Assembly: GCA_964658305.1 (NCBI GenBank)
Contig: OZ210885.1
Coordinates: 24,490,001-24,554,000 of the forward strand
Origin: Leptogorgia sarmentosa
Taxonomy: Eukaryota
DNA: 64,000 nucleotides
Reading direction: 5' to 3'
Made by a program: the position numbers and the translations under genes. Positions 12,972 through 25,123 of the stretch are shown here, in pieces. The notes below the pieces were generated by a model that had not been told where the DNA came from, did no database searches, and was given only the letters and a program-made list of their open reading frames with translations. Within the stretch, counting starts at the first letter, position 1; every line of letters begins with the position of its first letter.

Positions 12972-14055
12972 AATAGAACTATATTCGTAAATTGTTCGGG
13001 ACGAACATAATTCTTTAGAGGGGGCAATGTGACAGTCACGTGGATTGTGTATAGCTCATTAGAATTGTAGATAGGGTCTCTATGTATATAAACGTGTGTA
13101 TTTTGTGAATAAAGTGATTTTTTTAGTCCTCTCTTTTCGAGTAGAGGCTTGGAGTGTGCGTTACAAATTGATACTCTCTCCTTTTTCTTGTGATAGTAGA
13201 TACACTAACACCTAAAAGCTTTGCTATGTTACACCAACTAAAATGTAATGATCTTAAAAACTCCAGTTGTTCTTTGTTGATGTCAATATGTGGTCGCCCT
13301 GGGCAACCATTTGATTCTCTTACGTTACAACTAAAACCTAAATACAACAAATTCGGCTCACACCGGGAAAGAAAACCACATATGGCATCAGTGCAACGCA
13401 AAACAGTGGACAAACTATCAGCAATAGAACTCAGTTCATCTCTACCAGATCGTGCTCGGTATTCATTACTATGATATATTAAAAGCCGTAGTGTTGTTGC
13501 CGCGTCTTCGAACCTTCTTTTAAAAGACTCGATAGTTTCTTCGTCGATTCTTTGAATTCCATCATTTAGTCTGGAAAGTTGACTGAAGAGCGATTTAAGC
13601 GACTCAATAAAAACATGGAGGCCTGATTCGTTTCATTCTCTAGCTGCCATTATCTATTGAATACTTTATAGGTATTTGTTGTATATAAACAACTAGTTAA
13701 GACATATCGGAATATTTTTGTAAATTGTGATCGGAATATTTAAATATGTAAATTGCCGTTGCAAGGTGAATAAATAAATGCAAGGTATCCGAATATTTGT
13801 AATTCACTTTCACACCATCAGAAAACAGGGCAATATTTATGATTCGAGAAACAAATAAAATATTGCAAGCTGAATATTTACAAAACAGCTTATTTTGCCG
13901 AATTTGGATACCAATAAATATAAATCAGTGGCAATATATATAAATCCAATGCGAATATATTTATATTACGGTGAATTAATGAATTTATTTAGAATATTTA
14001 CAATTGCTACAATGAATAAATAAAAATGATAGAGGAATTTTTATAAAAACAGTAA

Positions 14056-14515
14056 TAGCAATGCCACAGAAATAGCAGAATCTCCATCATAACTCAAGGT
14101 ATTTCTGCGCCTGAATATAATAATATTACTGTAAGTTATTAATGTGCGCGTTTAAAAACGAACGTTCTTAGACTTCAAATATCTCTTCGACTATACTGTG
14201 AATTGTTTTCAAACTTTGGAAGATTGTATATGAGTACTTGTTCTCAGCGCGCGTTTAAAAACGAACATTCTTATACCTCAAATATCTCTTCCACTATACT
14301 ATGAATTGTTTTCAAACTTTGGAAGATTATATATGAGTACTTGTTCTTTCATATTACTGTTAAAACTGAAGTGGCAATGCCACAGAAATAGCAGAATAAG
14401 CATGGGAAACTCAAGGTATTTGTGCGTCTGAATATAATAATATTACTATAAGTTATTAATGCGCGCGTTTAAAAACGAACGTTCTTATACTTCAAATATC
14501 TCTTCGACTATACTA
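14056..14515. repeat. About 213-bp tandem repeat array, left arm of foldback A
   Basis: GCGCGTTTAAAAACGAAC recurs at about 14146, 14249 and 14463; reverse complement of the 16262-16800 array. Confidence 0.85.
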
Positions 14516-14516
14516 T

Positions 14517-16196
14517 TGTAATAGATTTCGTTCTACTTCGTAAGAAAATATTAAAAAAATGTAATTTGTTTGATAGGTATTATGTACAGGTCGTGACTTC
14601 GTACTATATTAAAAGTAAAAATACAACAACAACAACAATGTACTTTTCCGATCACGTGATCGTCACATGCAAACTCCATGACACTCCGCGTTGATCACAG
14701 AAATGTGATCAAAATTCTAACAACAAAATATTAATCTAGAACTAAGAATAAAGTCCGTAAGTTCAATGTACATTCTAAGACTTGTCTACTTGGTCTCTCT
14801 GCAAAAGTTCTCCAATTACTGCTGCATTTCGTCTGGGTCGTCGGATGCTAGATTTTCCTTCATCTGTTACGCCATGGCAAACTGGTGGGTCAACGTCTTC
14901 CGCATCAGGACTTAATCGCAACTCCAGAGGTATCAAATGTTGGATAGGTCGACAAAGTTCTGATGCTCGTCCTTTTCCAGAGTTTACAACGCACACCTTT
15001 GCGGCCCGAATAACCCCGTCCTTGCTACTTATAAGTTCCGTCACTCGAGCTAGTTTCCAGAACGTGCATGATGTTAAATCATTCTTCAACACAACTATAT
15101 CACCAACACCAATGATTTCCTTTCCAGGCCCATGAAGTACGCGCGCGGTTTCTCTAAGGCTCAATAAATATTCTGTTCTCCAACGATTCGTTAATGTATC
15201 CAACAAACGCCTTCGATTCTTCGCTCTTTTTGTCAAGGAACGGTTGGTGCTGATGATGTCGAACTGTCGGTCACTTGGTGTCAGCGATATTTGTCTGCCA
15301 TACACAAGTTGAGATGGTGTAAGGGGGTATGAAATGCTTTCAACGTCGTCGTAAACGTACGTCGTAGTTTATCGTAGTTTCGATTTCCACTAAGAGTGTT
15401 CGTAAGGACTCAAAGTCCATGGAAGATCTACCGAGTGATTTCTTTAAACATCGTTTGGTGTTTTGTATCATCCTTTCATAGAACCCCCCTTGCCACGGGG
15501 CCTTCTCTATTATGAATTCCCACTTAACTCCGTTCGACGCCATTTCTCTCTGGATTTCAGACGATCTAATAATGTTTCTCACATCTTTAGATGCACACTT
15601 AAACGTTTTGGCATTGTCCGTTATTAAACGCGATGGGAGGCCTCTACGTGAGGCGAAACGTCTAAAGGCTTGAAGGAATGATGGTACAGATAAACGAGGG
15701 ACAATTTCCAGGTGGACGGCTCGTGTGGACGCACACGTGAAGAGGCAAATGTACACCTTTTCGTGTTCTAGACTGGTCGTGGCGTAGAGGGGGCCCGCAA
15801 AATCGATTCCGGTATTGGCGAATGGCGGGTCCTCACTCTGCTCGGGGGTAAGGCAGGTTCCTTGACAGGAGTAAATGGTTTGCCTTCGAACCGCTTGCAG
15901 GTCACACACTTTCGCACGACACTCTTGACACTTTCCCGGCCACGGAGGACCCAATATTTTCCTCGAACGCAGTTCAAAGTTTCCCTGATTCCGTCGTGGT
16001 GCACTAGTTCATGGCATTCGCGTATGATCAACTTCGTGAAATGGTGCTTAGGTGGAAGAAGCATTGGTCGTTTTGCGTCATCGGGAATTGTAGAATTACT
16101 AATTCGTCCTTCACAGCGAATAATCTGATCGTTGTTGTAAAATAGGTTTAGCTGTTTAACTCGCACGTTCGCACGAGCCGTGCGCATACAATACAT
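14517..16196 (-). mobile_element. 5'-truncated BEL/Pao retrotransposon (integrase region and 3' LTR)
   Basis: GIDFAGP, TDNAKTF, APWQGGFYER, WKLARVTEL motifs with frameshifts; TG...CA LTR at 14517-14683 containing (CAA)n. Confidence 0.9.
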
Positions 16197-16261
16197 TCAG
16201 ACTCCTGTTATAATGCACGCTCATTAGCCAATCACGTTGCAGATTTTACCCTACTTATATT

Positions 16262-16800
16262 ATAATAACTTATAGTAATATTATTATAATCAGACGCTGA
16301 AATACCCTTAGTTATGATGGAGATTCTGCTATTTCTGTGGCATTGCCACTTCAGTTTTAACAGTAATATGAAAGAACAAGTACTCATATACAATGTTCCA
16401 ATGTTTAAAAACAATTCATAGTATAGTCGAAGAGATATTTGAAGTCTAAGAACGTTCGTTTTTAAACGCGCGCATTAATAACTTATAGTAACATTATTAT
16501 ATTCAGACGCAGAAATACCTTGAGTTATGATGGAGATTCTGCTATTTTTGTGGCATTGCCACTTCAGTTTTAACAGTAATATGAAAGAACAAGTACTCAT
16601 ATACAATGTTGCAAAGTTTGAAAACAATTCATAGTATAGTCGAAGAGATATTTGAAGTCTAACAACGTTCGTTTTTAAACGCGCGCATTAATAACTTATA
16701 GTAATATTATATTCAGACGCACAAATACCTTGAGTTTCCCATGCTTATTTGGCATTGCCATTTCAATTTTTACAGTAGAATGACAGAACAAGTACTCATT
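16262..16800. repeat. 213-bp tandem repeat array, right arm of foldback A
   Basis: ATAACTTATAGTAA starts at 16265, 16478 and 16691 (period 213). Confidence 0.9.
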
Positions 16801-17782
16801 TACATTAGGCGCAGGCATTTACACGTTTTAGAACCGATTGTTTACAATATGCGCATTGTAATTCACAATTGTAATCTTATGCTAAGACGCACGAAATACG
16901 CTTGAATTTATGATGTGATTTCTGATATTTATTCAACATTGCCACCTAAGTTTGAAGTTGTATGTTAAAGAGGAACTAAAGTTGCACAATATGCCAAATT
17001 TTAAAGAACTTTTATAGTATAGCTGATGAGAAATTGGGAAGTTAAAAGCGCGTTTACAGCGGCGCTTGTTCATGATGACATAATTATGGGGTTGGATAAA
17101 AAGTGTTTTTTTCGGTGGAAAAGTCGTTCATTTACGATTTTGATCAGAAACTGTAAAGAATGACTCGTTGTAATTATTTCATTGTGTTTCTGGTCTCTAT
17201 ATGTTTTATATAATGAGAAAACAAGTAAAATATATAATGTACTTCTGGATGATTGAAACGAGCGAGCTCACATTTTTTAGCGGATTTGAACCTTGTGCTG
17301 AATCTGGTGCCGAATGTCGTGCTGAATGTTGTGCGTACTTCACATTGGTTATTTTGTACGGCGTGGTATTACGACCTGATCTCCAGATATATTAAGTATA
17401 GCGCAGTGATACGCGCCCTTTTCAAACCACTTCTTTGTCGACGTTGTTGTGTGACCTGTTGTCCTTTGAAATTTGAAATCTTTCCTTCGCTTCTCGTTAG
17501 AAACCACACCGGTAAGCTATCTTTAATTAAATGTATCATTCCTCAAAAACGTGTTCTTTTATTAGTTACTTGAACGTTGCCTTTTATATCTGTAGACTAT
17601 TGTAATACCAGTAGGCGCCATAGGCAGCGGCTAGCACTCAAAGTCAATCTCATATAAATAAACTGCGCATTTTTTATTTTCATTGATTTCGCGATTTGGC
17701 TCATACAGTAGATAACCGTCCTTATTTGCCCATTCTCAAAATCTATCATTCTATTACATATTTTATAGCAAACACTTTACGA

Positions 17783-20700
17783 ATGGATGCCCGTGACTTT
17801 CTAAAGGAAAATGGACTAACAGGTTTAATCCCAATTGTCGTTGAGGATAATAAGGTATGAACTAGCTGCTCCATTATTTTTAAAATCATATGACATGCAC
17901 GTCGAACTACAAGAACATTAGGATAAGTATAAATGTTCTCTGCTTCAATAATAGTTTACAGTTGATTATGGCTTACAGATATTACAGTATACTGTTATAC
18001 TCGGGCCAGGAGGTATATATATATATGTCCGCATAGGTTTTCATACCCATGGTGAATCAAATCAATCAATGGTTTCTTGTGAGCGTTTTGGCCTCTATGA
18101 TTAAGCTAATTGCATGTTTTATGTTTATAGTTTGAAACAACGAAGGACCTTACACTTCTTGCAAAAAATAAGAGGTTTCTGGATGCCCTGAACATTCCAG
18201 TTTGTTGGCAGATGAAGTTTGTAACTGCAATTGACAGGTTAAAGGAACTGTCTGGTAAGGGATGTACTAGTATGGTCATTATAATGTACCATGAATATCA
18301 ATTAAAGCATCCCATCTCTGCAGGGGTGGTGCCAGAGTTATTGGGGCAGGGGACTACAGCCCCCTGTCAGGGAACTCTAGCCCCCCATCGGGGGGAAATT
18401 CCACAACCTTCATCCATGTCATGTATCTACCACCATGTTGTAATTTTCTCAGATGCAGACCTTCCAGTTACCACTAAATGTCCAACACCAGTTACACCAG
18501 TTAAGCCTATCGAAAGCCCTTGCCCCAGAAGTGGCAAAAGTGACAGCAGTGAAAGTTCATTAGAGGGAGAGATCTCCAAGAAGCTACTTGTTGCTTTGGC
18601 AAAAACGGACATGACAGCCCAAGCAATAAATTTGAAATATAATGATTTCAACAAACTACTACTTGCTGAGTTGAGACGTACAGAGTCAAAGGTAAATCAT
18701 TTTATATACTGTATAGTAATATTTGCAATATTTTATTTACTTTGGCTACTGGTGCATCTTACTCTGTCCAGTTTACTTTGCTAATGTACAGTAAGTCAGG
18801 TACTTCTGCCCACGGTGGGTGGTGGTGGGTGGCAGTGCCCGGATCTCAATAGTACTGTCCAGCACAAAACCAAAATGGGCTCTTCTGCCTAGCACAAAAA
18901 ACATGCCAGAAATATCGGTAAACTTGAACATTATTGCAGATGAGCATGAATTATTGTGTCTGTGATACCACGCTGTAAATTGCAATTTCTTGACAAAATG
19001 AAATTCCAGTATGCACTACCAGTCTACAATGTAAACTACTTGTGATTCTCTTTGCATTTAAAAAAAATATGATATACTGTACTCTCAGTATACTGTATAA
19101 AATCTGAGTTTTTATTGAGAAATGTTAGAAAGAGGCAGAAATTTTTGCAATGTTATATCTGCTGGTCCCCTTTGTTATGAGCAGAACTAATATACGTGGA
19201 CCAAATGTATATTGAGAGAAATCATTTAGTTCTTTAAAATATTTGGCTATTGACTAGCAGATCTCAACTGTTATGTTTGTTACCATTTTTAGTTAAAAGG
19301 AGGTGGTGGTTTAAAGAAATGTGAACGGACAGATGGAGAAGATGCTAAGGAAAATATGATTATGATTGATGAGATTGTTGACAGTCCAAATGTTTGTAAA
19401 TTCTACGGAACCTATCAAATTGGAGACAATGGTGCTTTCACAATAAACAGGTCCAAAGCTAAAGTACTCCTAGGACGCAAGCTTGCCCAACAACGGAAAC
19501 CTTCTGCTTACAAGAGAAAGGTAATGTATATAGTATTCTCACTTTGTTTTAAGGGTCATAACAGTTGATGAAGAAGACATTAGTAGACAGAGCAGAAATG
19601 TTCGATTGAATTTTGAAATGTTTCAATCAATCAACATTCAAGTCTGAGTTAATTGTGGGGTGCACTTGGTAGTGATTGTTACTATCCAGTGTGATGCTGG
19701 ATTTTGTAGATTCTGCCATGTTTTCGAAGATGTTTGCAAACATTTCTTAAACTTTAACATTGACTAAAATTTAATTTTCAAGTTAAAATAATTTGCAATT
19801 CCTCTTCAATTGTGGGTTAATGTACTGACTATCTTTTTTGGCATTAATTATGTTTTCCTTAAAGATGTCTTTGAAATAATATCTGGGCCAAATACCTAAT
19901 TATCTGGCCAAGATATTAAATAGTAAATTAATTCACTACCTGGCTGGACATATTTATTGCAATACCTGTGTCATATCAGCACTTTATTTCCTTAAACATC
20001 AGTGTACTGTAGTATACATCTCATCAAATGTGTTCTAAAATATTTTCCTTTGTTATCAAGCTTGCCTTTGATGAAAATGCAAATGAAAATAAAGTGGACT
20101 GTAGTGTAAAGGTAACAAAGTAATTTTCAATGTGTTGTATTATATTTATTTTTTAGGGTTATTATACCCTGTTCAGAATTAATTTGTTAATTGATGTTTT
20201 GAACTGAATCACTTGAGCTCCAAAGTCTATACTGATTCTAGTCGAAGGGGATGTGATTTTTTCAATATTTTGTAAATTATTACCTACATGATTTGTGTTG
20301 ATCAGTGGTGTTGATCATTATATAATTGTATTTTGTGACAGAGAGTGAAAGTAAACATCCAAAAGGGTGAAGATAAAGATATTGTAAGTAATTTCTTTGA
20401 TATAGTATTTTTAAACTGTGAGGCAAATGTGGTTGCACTCAGATATTTTGCAACAATTGAAATTGGGAAACAATGTTGCAAGTGCAAACTTTCAAATCTC
20501 CACTTACAACCAATAAATAGAACTTAAGTTAGAGAGAACATTTATTGGTTAAATCTCTGTATTTTCCAGGAAAATGAAAACATGAGTGAAACTGCAGAAG
20601 CTGATGATGATGAAGTAAGTGAATATGAAAATGAAAGGCTGGCTCGGATTCAAAGGAACAACCTACAGATGCTCAGACAGGGCATTGTAAGTTTGATGTC

Positions 20701-23700
20701 ATCACCTATTTACTAGATGCAAATAAGGTTAAGCTTCGGGCAATAGCATGCCATGCATAGTTGTTGAAAGGGCATTTTCAGGTTGTGTAGTAACACCAGG
20801 GGCGTAGGAACACATTCAAGATTGCGGGGGCCGAAAATTTTTTGAAAATTGGAGGCTCTAGATCCTTGGAAATGGCCATTTCACCTATCTACCTATTTCA
20901 GTACGGACAGTAAGCTGGTTGAGCGAAACATGCAGCGCGTTTTTTTAATATATCAATGCGGTGAAGGCACCAAAAAATTTGGATGCGTAAGACTAGGCAA
21001 GTTGAAAGTTCGATCGACACTTGTTTTTATTTTAATTGACACTTCCATGAAAATTTATCAGAACAAATATAATAAGCTATATGAATGAATCAAGCAAAAC
21101 TGAAAGTAACAATATTTAGAAAGAATTGTCCTACTATCAAAATTCTAAAGTCGCAACTGTTAATCGAAGGAGCCGAAAAAATCCCCTCTACGTTCGTTAC
21201 AGGCTGCAAATTTCTTTGCAATTCCATGGATGTCAAGATCATCAAACTTTGGCTGGTAAATGCTTAGCAGTATGACATTGTTTAGTCTTTCTTGCCCCAT
21301 CGTCGCGCGAAGGTACGATTTCAGTCTCCTGAGCACTGAGAACGTACGTTCCGCCGTTGCGCTAGTTGCTGGAACTGTAAGGAATAGCCTTAGCAGCTTG
21401 TCAACCTCGGAAAACAATATACGGTTGTTGGGATTTTCAGCAATTAAACTGCACAGGGTTTCAAGTTTGGTGACCTCCTTTATTGGCACTGCAGAATTGG
21501 AACATTTAACCAGATTGGGCAGCATCTTTAAATGTAACTCCAGACGAACCAAGTCAAGATCATTCGCGTAAATGTCAGAAATCGTTTCTTTAATGACAAA
21601 GTGATTTCCATTGGCAGCTCTTAAAAGTAGTTCTTCAATATCTTCGAAGCAACGTGAAGCTTTTCTGATCAAATCGCCGAACAAGTTCTTGATATACAAG
21701 ATCGAGAACTTCAAAATATTGCTGGCGGTGAAATGCTTTTGGGCTGCCGAAGTCATGCCCTGGAGCACCATCATCAATTCTTGCTGGTACTTTTCGTTGC
21801 GGCGTGAGAAATGTAGCTTTCGTTTTTCCTTCGGACTCCTTTACTACGCGGTCGTAGAAACCGTTAAACTCTTTATCTGAACGCATGCGCTTGTAATAAT
21901 TTCCTGTAAGATTAGAAGAATTAATAGCCTCTTGGATGTTGCAATCTTTACTCTGGAAGGTTCGAGATAATTCTTCACCTGGACTAAAACACAAGGTAGG
22001 ACAATCTTAAACCAAACAGAGTTGAGAACTTCTTCAGTCTTCTAAGCATACCATCTGCTTTTAGAGCAACATCTCCACCTTCGTCAACAACATTGTTGCA
22101 GGTTTCTTTTAGAGCCTCGTAATTATCCAAGACAGCTTTAATAGCGTCACTCCGAACTGTTCAACGAGTAGGGCAAAGAGGTTTAAGATTCTGGTGGCCA
22201 TAAAAGATTGTTTCCTCATCTTTCATTTGCTTTTTATTGACGATTTCAGCTCTCTTTGGCGATTTGTTGACAATATGGACAGCTTCCCGGACCAAGTCTA
22301 AGGCATCTTGTATCAGACGAAATGACTTGCACACATCTTGCAAGCACAAATTAAGGCTATGGGCCAAGCAGTGAACTGGTATTGCACGTGGTTCCTCTTG
22401 CTGAATTTGAGTGGAAACACCATTAAATCTACCACTCATCGCCGCAGCTCCATCATATCCTTAGCCACGACACTGATTTAAAGGTAAGATACAACGAACG
22501 AGAACATCCTTTAGGTGAGATACAATTGAATCAGCTGTGCAACTTGAAATTTGGAATAGACCTAACGGATCTTCGTGGATGTTATAATACTCATCTACCC
22601 AGCGACAGCAAACGACCAATTGCTCTTTATTGGAGATATATCTAGTTTCATCTGCCATAAGACCAAAATATCCTGCCTCGCGGATTTTTACAAGAATCCC
22701 ACGCAGAACTTCTTGGCCCATTAGAGAAATGATTTCATTTACAATTTGAGGAGACTGATATCGGTTTAACTCCAGCCACTTTGAAATTTCTGGGACATCT
22801 TCAGCCCTTCGTTTTCAACATTTGATATAGGTTTCCGTCTTTATCTTTATGTCCTAAAATTATATTTAAATAACCTATAAAACATGCCAAATGTATTGGT
22901 TGTGTGGACAACCAAATCAAATAATGAATAACAGCCTTCTTGTCTCTTACCTCGCAAAGGCATTCCTTGTCTGAGAAGGTATTTAATTGAAGATATCTCT
23001 TTTTTCAACAATGTGCGGTGCAATGCTTGAGAATTTTCAAGTTCAGTTGCTAACTTTCTTGTTTTGAACTGAATGTCAACAATCCTTTTTGCTTAGCTTT
23101 TCGGCAGTAGTGGCAGAAGACTAAATAGCTTGTGCCACATAATGTAATCCAAGAATAATTATTATACCAAACAACTTGAAATGTCCTAACCCGAAAATTT
23201 TTTCCACCACCAGAAGCTTGAGATGTTTTTTCCAGGATAGTTTTAGAACGTGGTTGAAAAGGTTCGCTTGAGTCTTCAGCACAACATATATTTTTGCATT
23301 TAGCACAACCCTGGAAAATGAATTTTGTATGTGCATGATTAGCTGACATTAAGTTTGAAACCTAGCAGTAATATGTAAAATCCAGTAAAATAAAAGTTTT
23401 GTTTGAAATACTTAACCTGTATATACAGTCTTTATAGTACTGATAAACTTTATATATAGATTATAGTCTTTATATAGAACTTATAAATATACCTGATGAT
23501 CATTAATATTTTTATCCAAGACTGTTATTGGTTGGTGTTCTTCACCAAAACTTTCGTCTGCAGTATAAGTATAAAGTAAAATATATAACTTAGATATTTT
23601 AACATATTCTTCAGTGATTTAGTGATTTACTGGCTTATAAAACGGAATATGCAATATATTGAGTCGCAAAAGTCATAAATATATAATAATTAAGAAATAG

Positions 23701-25123
23701 AAAACATTTTCCGTGTTTCTATTTAAGAAATAGATAACGAGTCGCGTTCCATTATGCTGTTATAATGCACGAGGGAAATGTTGGGAGAATACGAAAGAAT
23801 CGCGTAAAACACGAGGTATAGCCGAGTCAAAGCAAAAAGTCACTGGAGAAATTTAATAGCTAGATGCGTGCATTACGCTGTTAAAATGCACGCTCATTAG
23901 CCAATCACGTTGCAGATTTTACCCTACTTATATTATAAAGAGTTATACAAACACACGTGGAAGTTTGGGAGAAACGAGAAATTCCGTGGGAACACGAGCA
24001 CGAAGTGCGAGTGTTTCCACACAATTTCGAGGAACACGGAAAAAATGTTTTCTATTTCCTTTATTAAATAGCCTTTTAAAAACAATAAAAAAGATAAATT
24101 TATTGATTTTAATTGCATTCATTCAAAGATATATTTTGTTTTTTAATTTTCCACGCAAGCCGCGCGAAAATCCTCGTGTTTCTATAGTGTTATAGAAACA
24201 CGGGTTTTTTGAGCTCTCGACTAATCAACGACCATGTTTTTATTAAAAGGCTATTTTATGATAAACTATACTACCCGTATACTATAAATTAAAAACGTAA
24301 AAGCACCAACCTTGGTTTGCCGAATCGCTAAAGTCTCTACGTTCGGTTTCTTCATCAGAAGACGAGGAGAGAGATGGGTTATCATCCTCCTGTTGACTTT
24401 CTAATTCTTTGCATTTAAAAAACTCTTTAATAGAACGAGAACGGCCAGCACTCATGTTTTATTCATATTTTGCTTGCGATTGCGCTAGATGATAACACTT
24501 AGCGAAGCAATTGCCGCTGCCTAAGTACCTAACACATCAAAACTCCGGGTAAAATAAATAATCGTTAGAAAAATTTTATCCATGTCAATTTTGATCACAG
24601 ATACGGGTATTCCTAAAATGTATACACAATTCTAAATACTTTCAGTTTTGAATTTCACTGCATTTATTGTAAATTGAGTAAATTCAATGATTTATTGGGG
24701 GGGCTGAAAGCTATCTCGGCCCGCCCTTATAAATTTTTGGGGGGGCCGTGCCCCCCCCAGCCCCCCCACTTCCTACGCCCCTGAGTAACACATTGGGTTA
24801 ATACATTATTTATACATGATACATTGACAACAGTACATATTTGTAAATAAAGGCTTGGTTTCTGTCCATTTCAGATTCCCAAGTCAATGGGAATTATGGT
24901 TGCCTTGTTCTATTTAAATGCCAAAAAAATGACAGACGTAAACATCACCAAGCTAAAAAAGGAAGCTGCATCCATTGGCTACAAGGTTACAAAAGCCCAA
25001 AATATATCCAAAGAACAGCTAACATTTACACTGGGGAAGGAGCTGCTCCTTCAGGAAAAAGTTAAACGAATAGATGTTGACAAACCCGTCACTAGGGACA
25101 ATTTAGTTATTAGTAATCTTTAA
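17783..25123 (+). CDS. Uncharacterised 373-aa protein with SAM-like N-terminus, 8 coding exons
   Basis: GT-AG exons 17783-17854, 18131-18254, 18453-18691, 19293-19520, 20061-20111, 20342-20383, 20570-20686, 24875-25123 join in phase without stops (1122 nt). N-terminus DFLKENGLTGLIP...DLTLL...LNIPVCWQMKFVTAIDRL; motif SEYENERLARIQRNNLQML. Confidence 0.7.
21160..24455 (-). pseudogene. ZMYM1/DUF4371-type hAT transposase, disrupted
   Basis: TTF-type zinc finger (VFCHYC), MADET, HCLAHSLNL, CPTR, and dimerisation motif TVPATSATAERTFSVLRRLKSYLR; several stops and frameshifts. Confidence 0.9.
23690..24260. repeat. Non-autonomous repeat inside a hAT intron
   Basis: GAAATAGAAAACATTTTCCGTG near 23693 is inverted near 24035-24060; 23885-23937 is repeated at about 16212-16265. 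Confidence 0.55.

Larger units (their letters stand above)
7603..13165 (+). mobile_element. Full-length Ty3/Gypsy LTR retrotransposon
   Basis: 138-bp TG...CA LTRs at 7603-7740 and 13028-13165, identical by eye; 4-bp TSD AATT; PBS-like TGGTAGCAG at 7743; purine tract before the 3' LTR; domain order PR-RT-RH-IN. Confidence 0.97.
6583..13650 (-). pseudogene. IS3EU-type integrase-core transposase, interrupted by the Gypsy element
   Basis: 13650-13166 (GRP, HTH IAKLLGVSVSTI) joins 7602-6583 ([27 protein letters not shown]). Stop at codon 6, frameshift near 7160, and the expected NQRIERLW block after GSSVH is missing. Confidence 0.85.
3408..14052. mobile_element. IS3EU-type DNA transposon carrying a HECT gene; right end truncated
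   Basis: Begins TATG exactly where the host arm match stops (3407); 3436-3556 is inverted at about 13932-14052; convergent HECT (+) and integrase-core transposase (-) genes. About 28 bp of the right terminus and the TSD are deleted. Confidence 0.75.
2864..17351. mobile_element. Foldback-type element A with long inverted arms containing 213-bp tandem repeats
   Basis: 2864-3407 is a near-exact reverse complement of about 16812-17351. The left arm resumes at about 14056-14515 and mirrors 16262-16800. Ends read TA-ACCAATGTG...CACATTGGT-TA. No transposase of its own remains. Confidence 0.85.
20797..24783 (-). mobile_element. hAT DNA transposon in the last intron of the SAM-like gene
   Basis: TIRs CAGGGGCGTAGGAA...TTCCTACGCCCCTG; exact 8-bp TSD AGTAACAC at 20789-20796 and 24784-24791. 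Confidence 0.96.
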
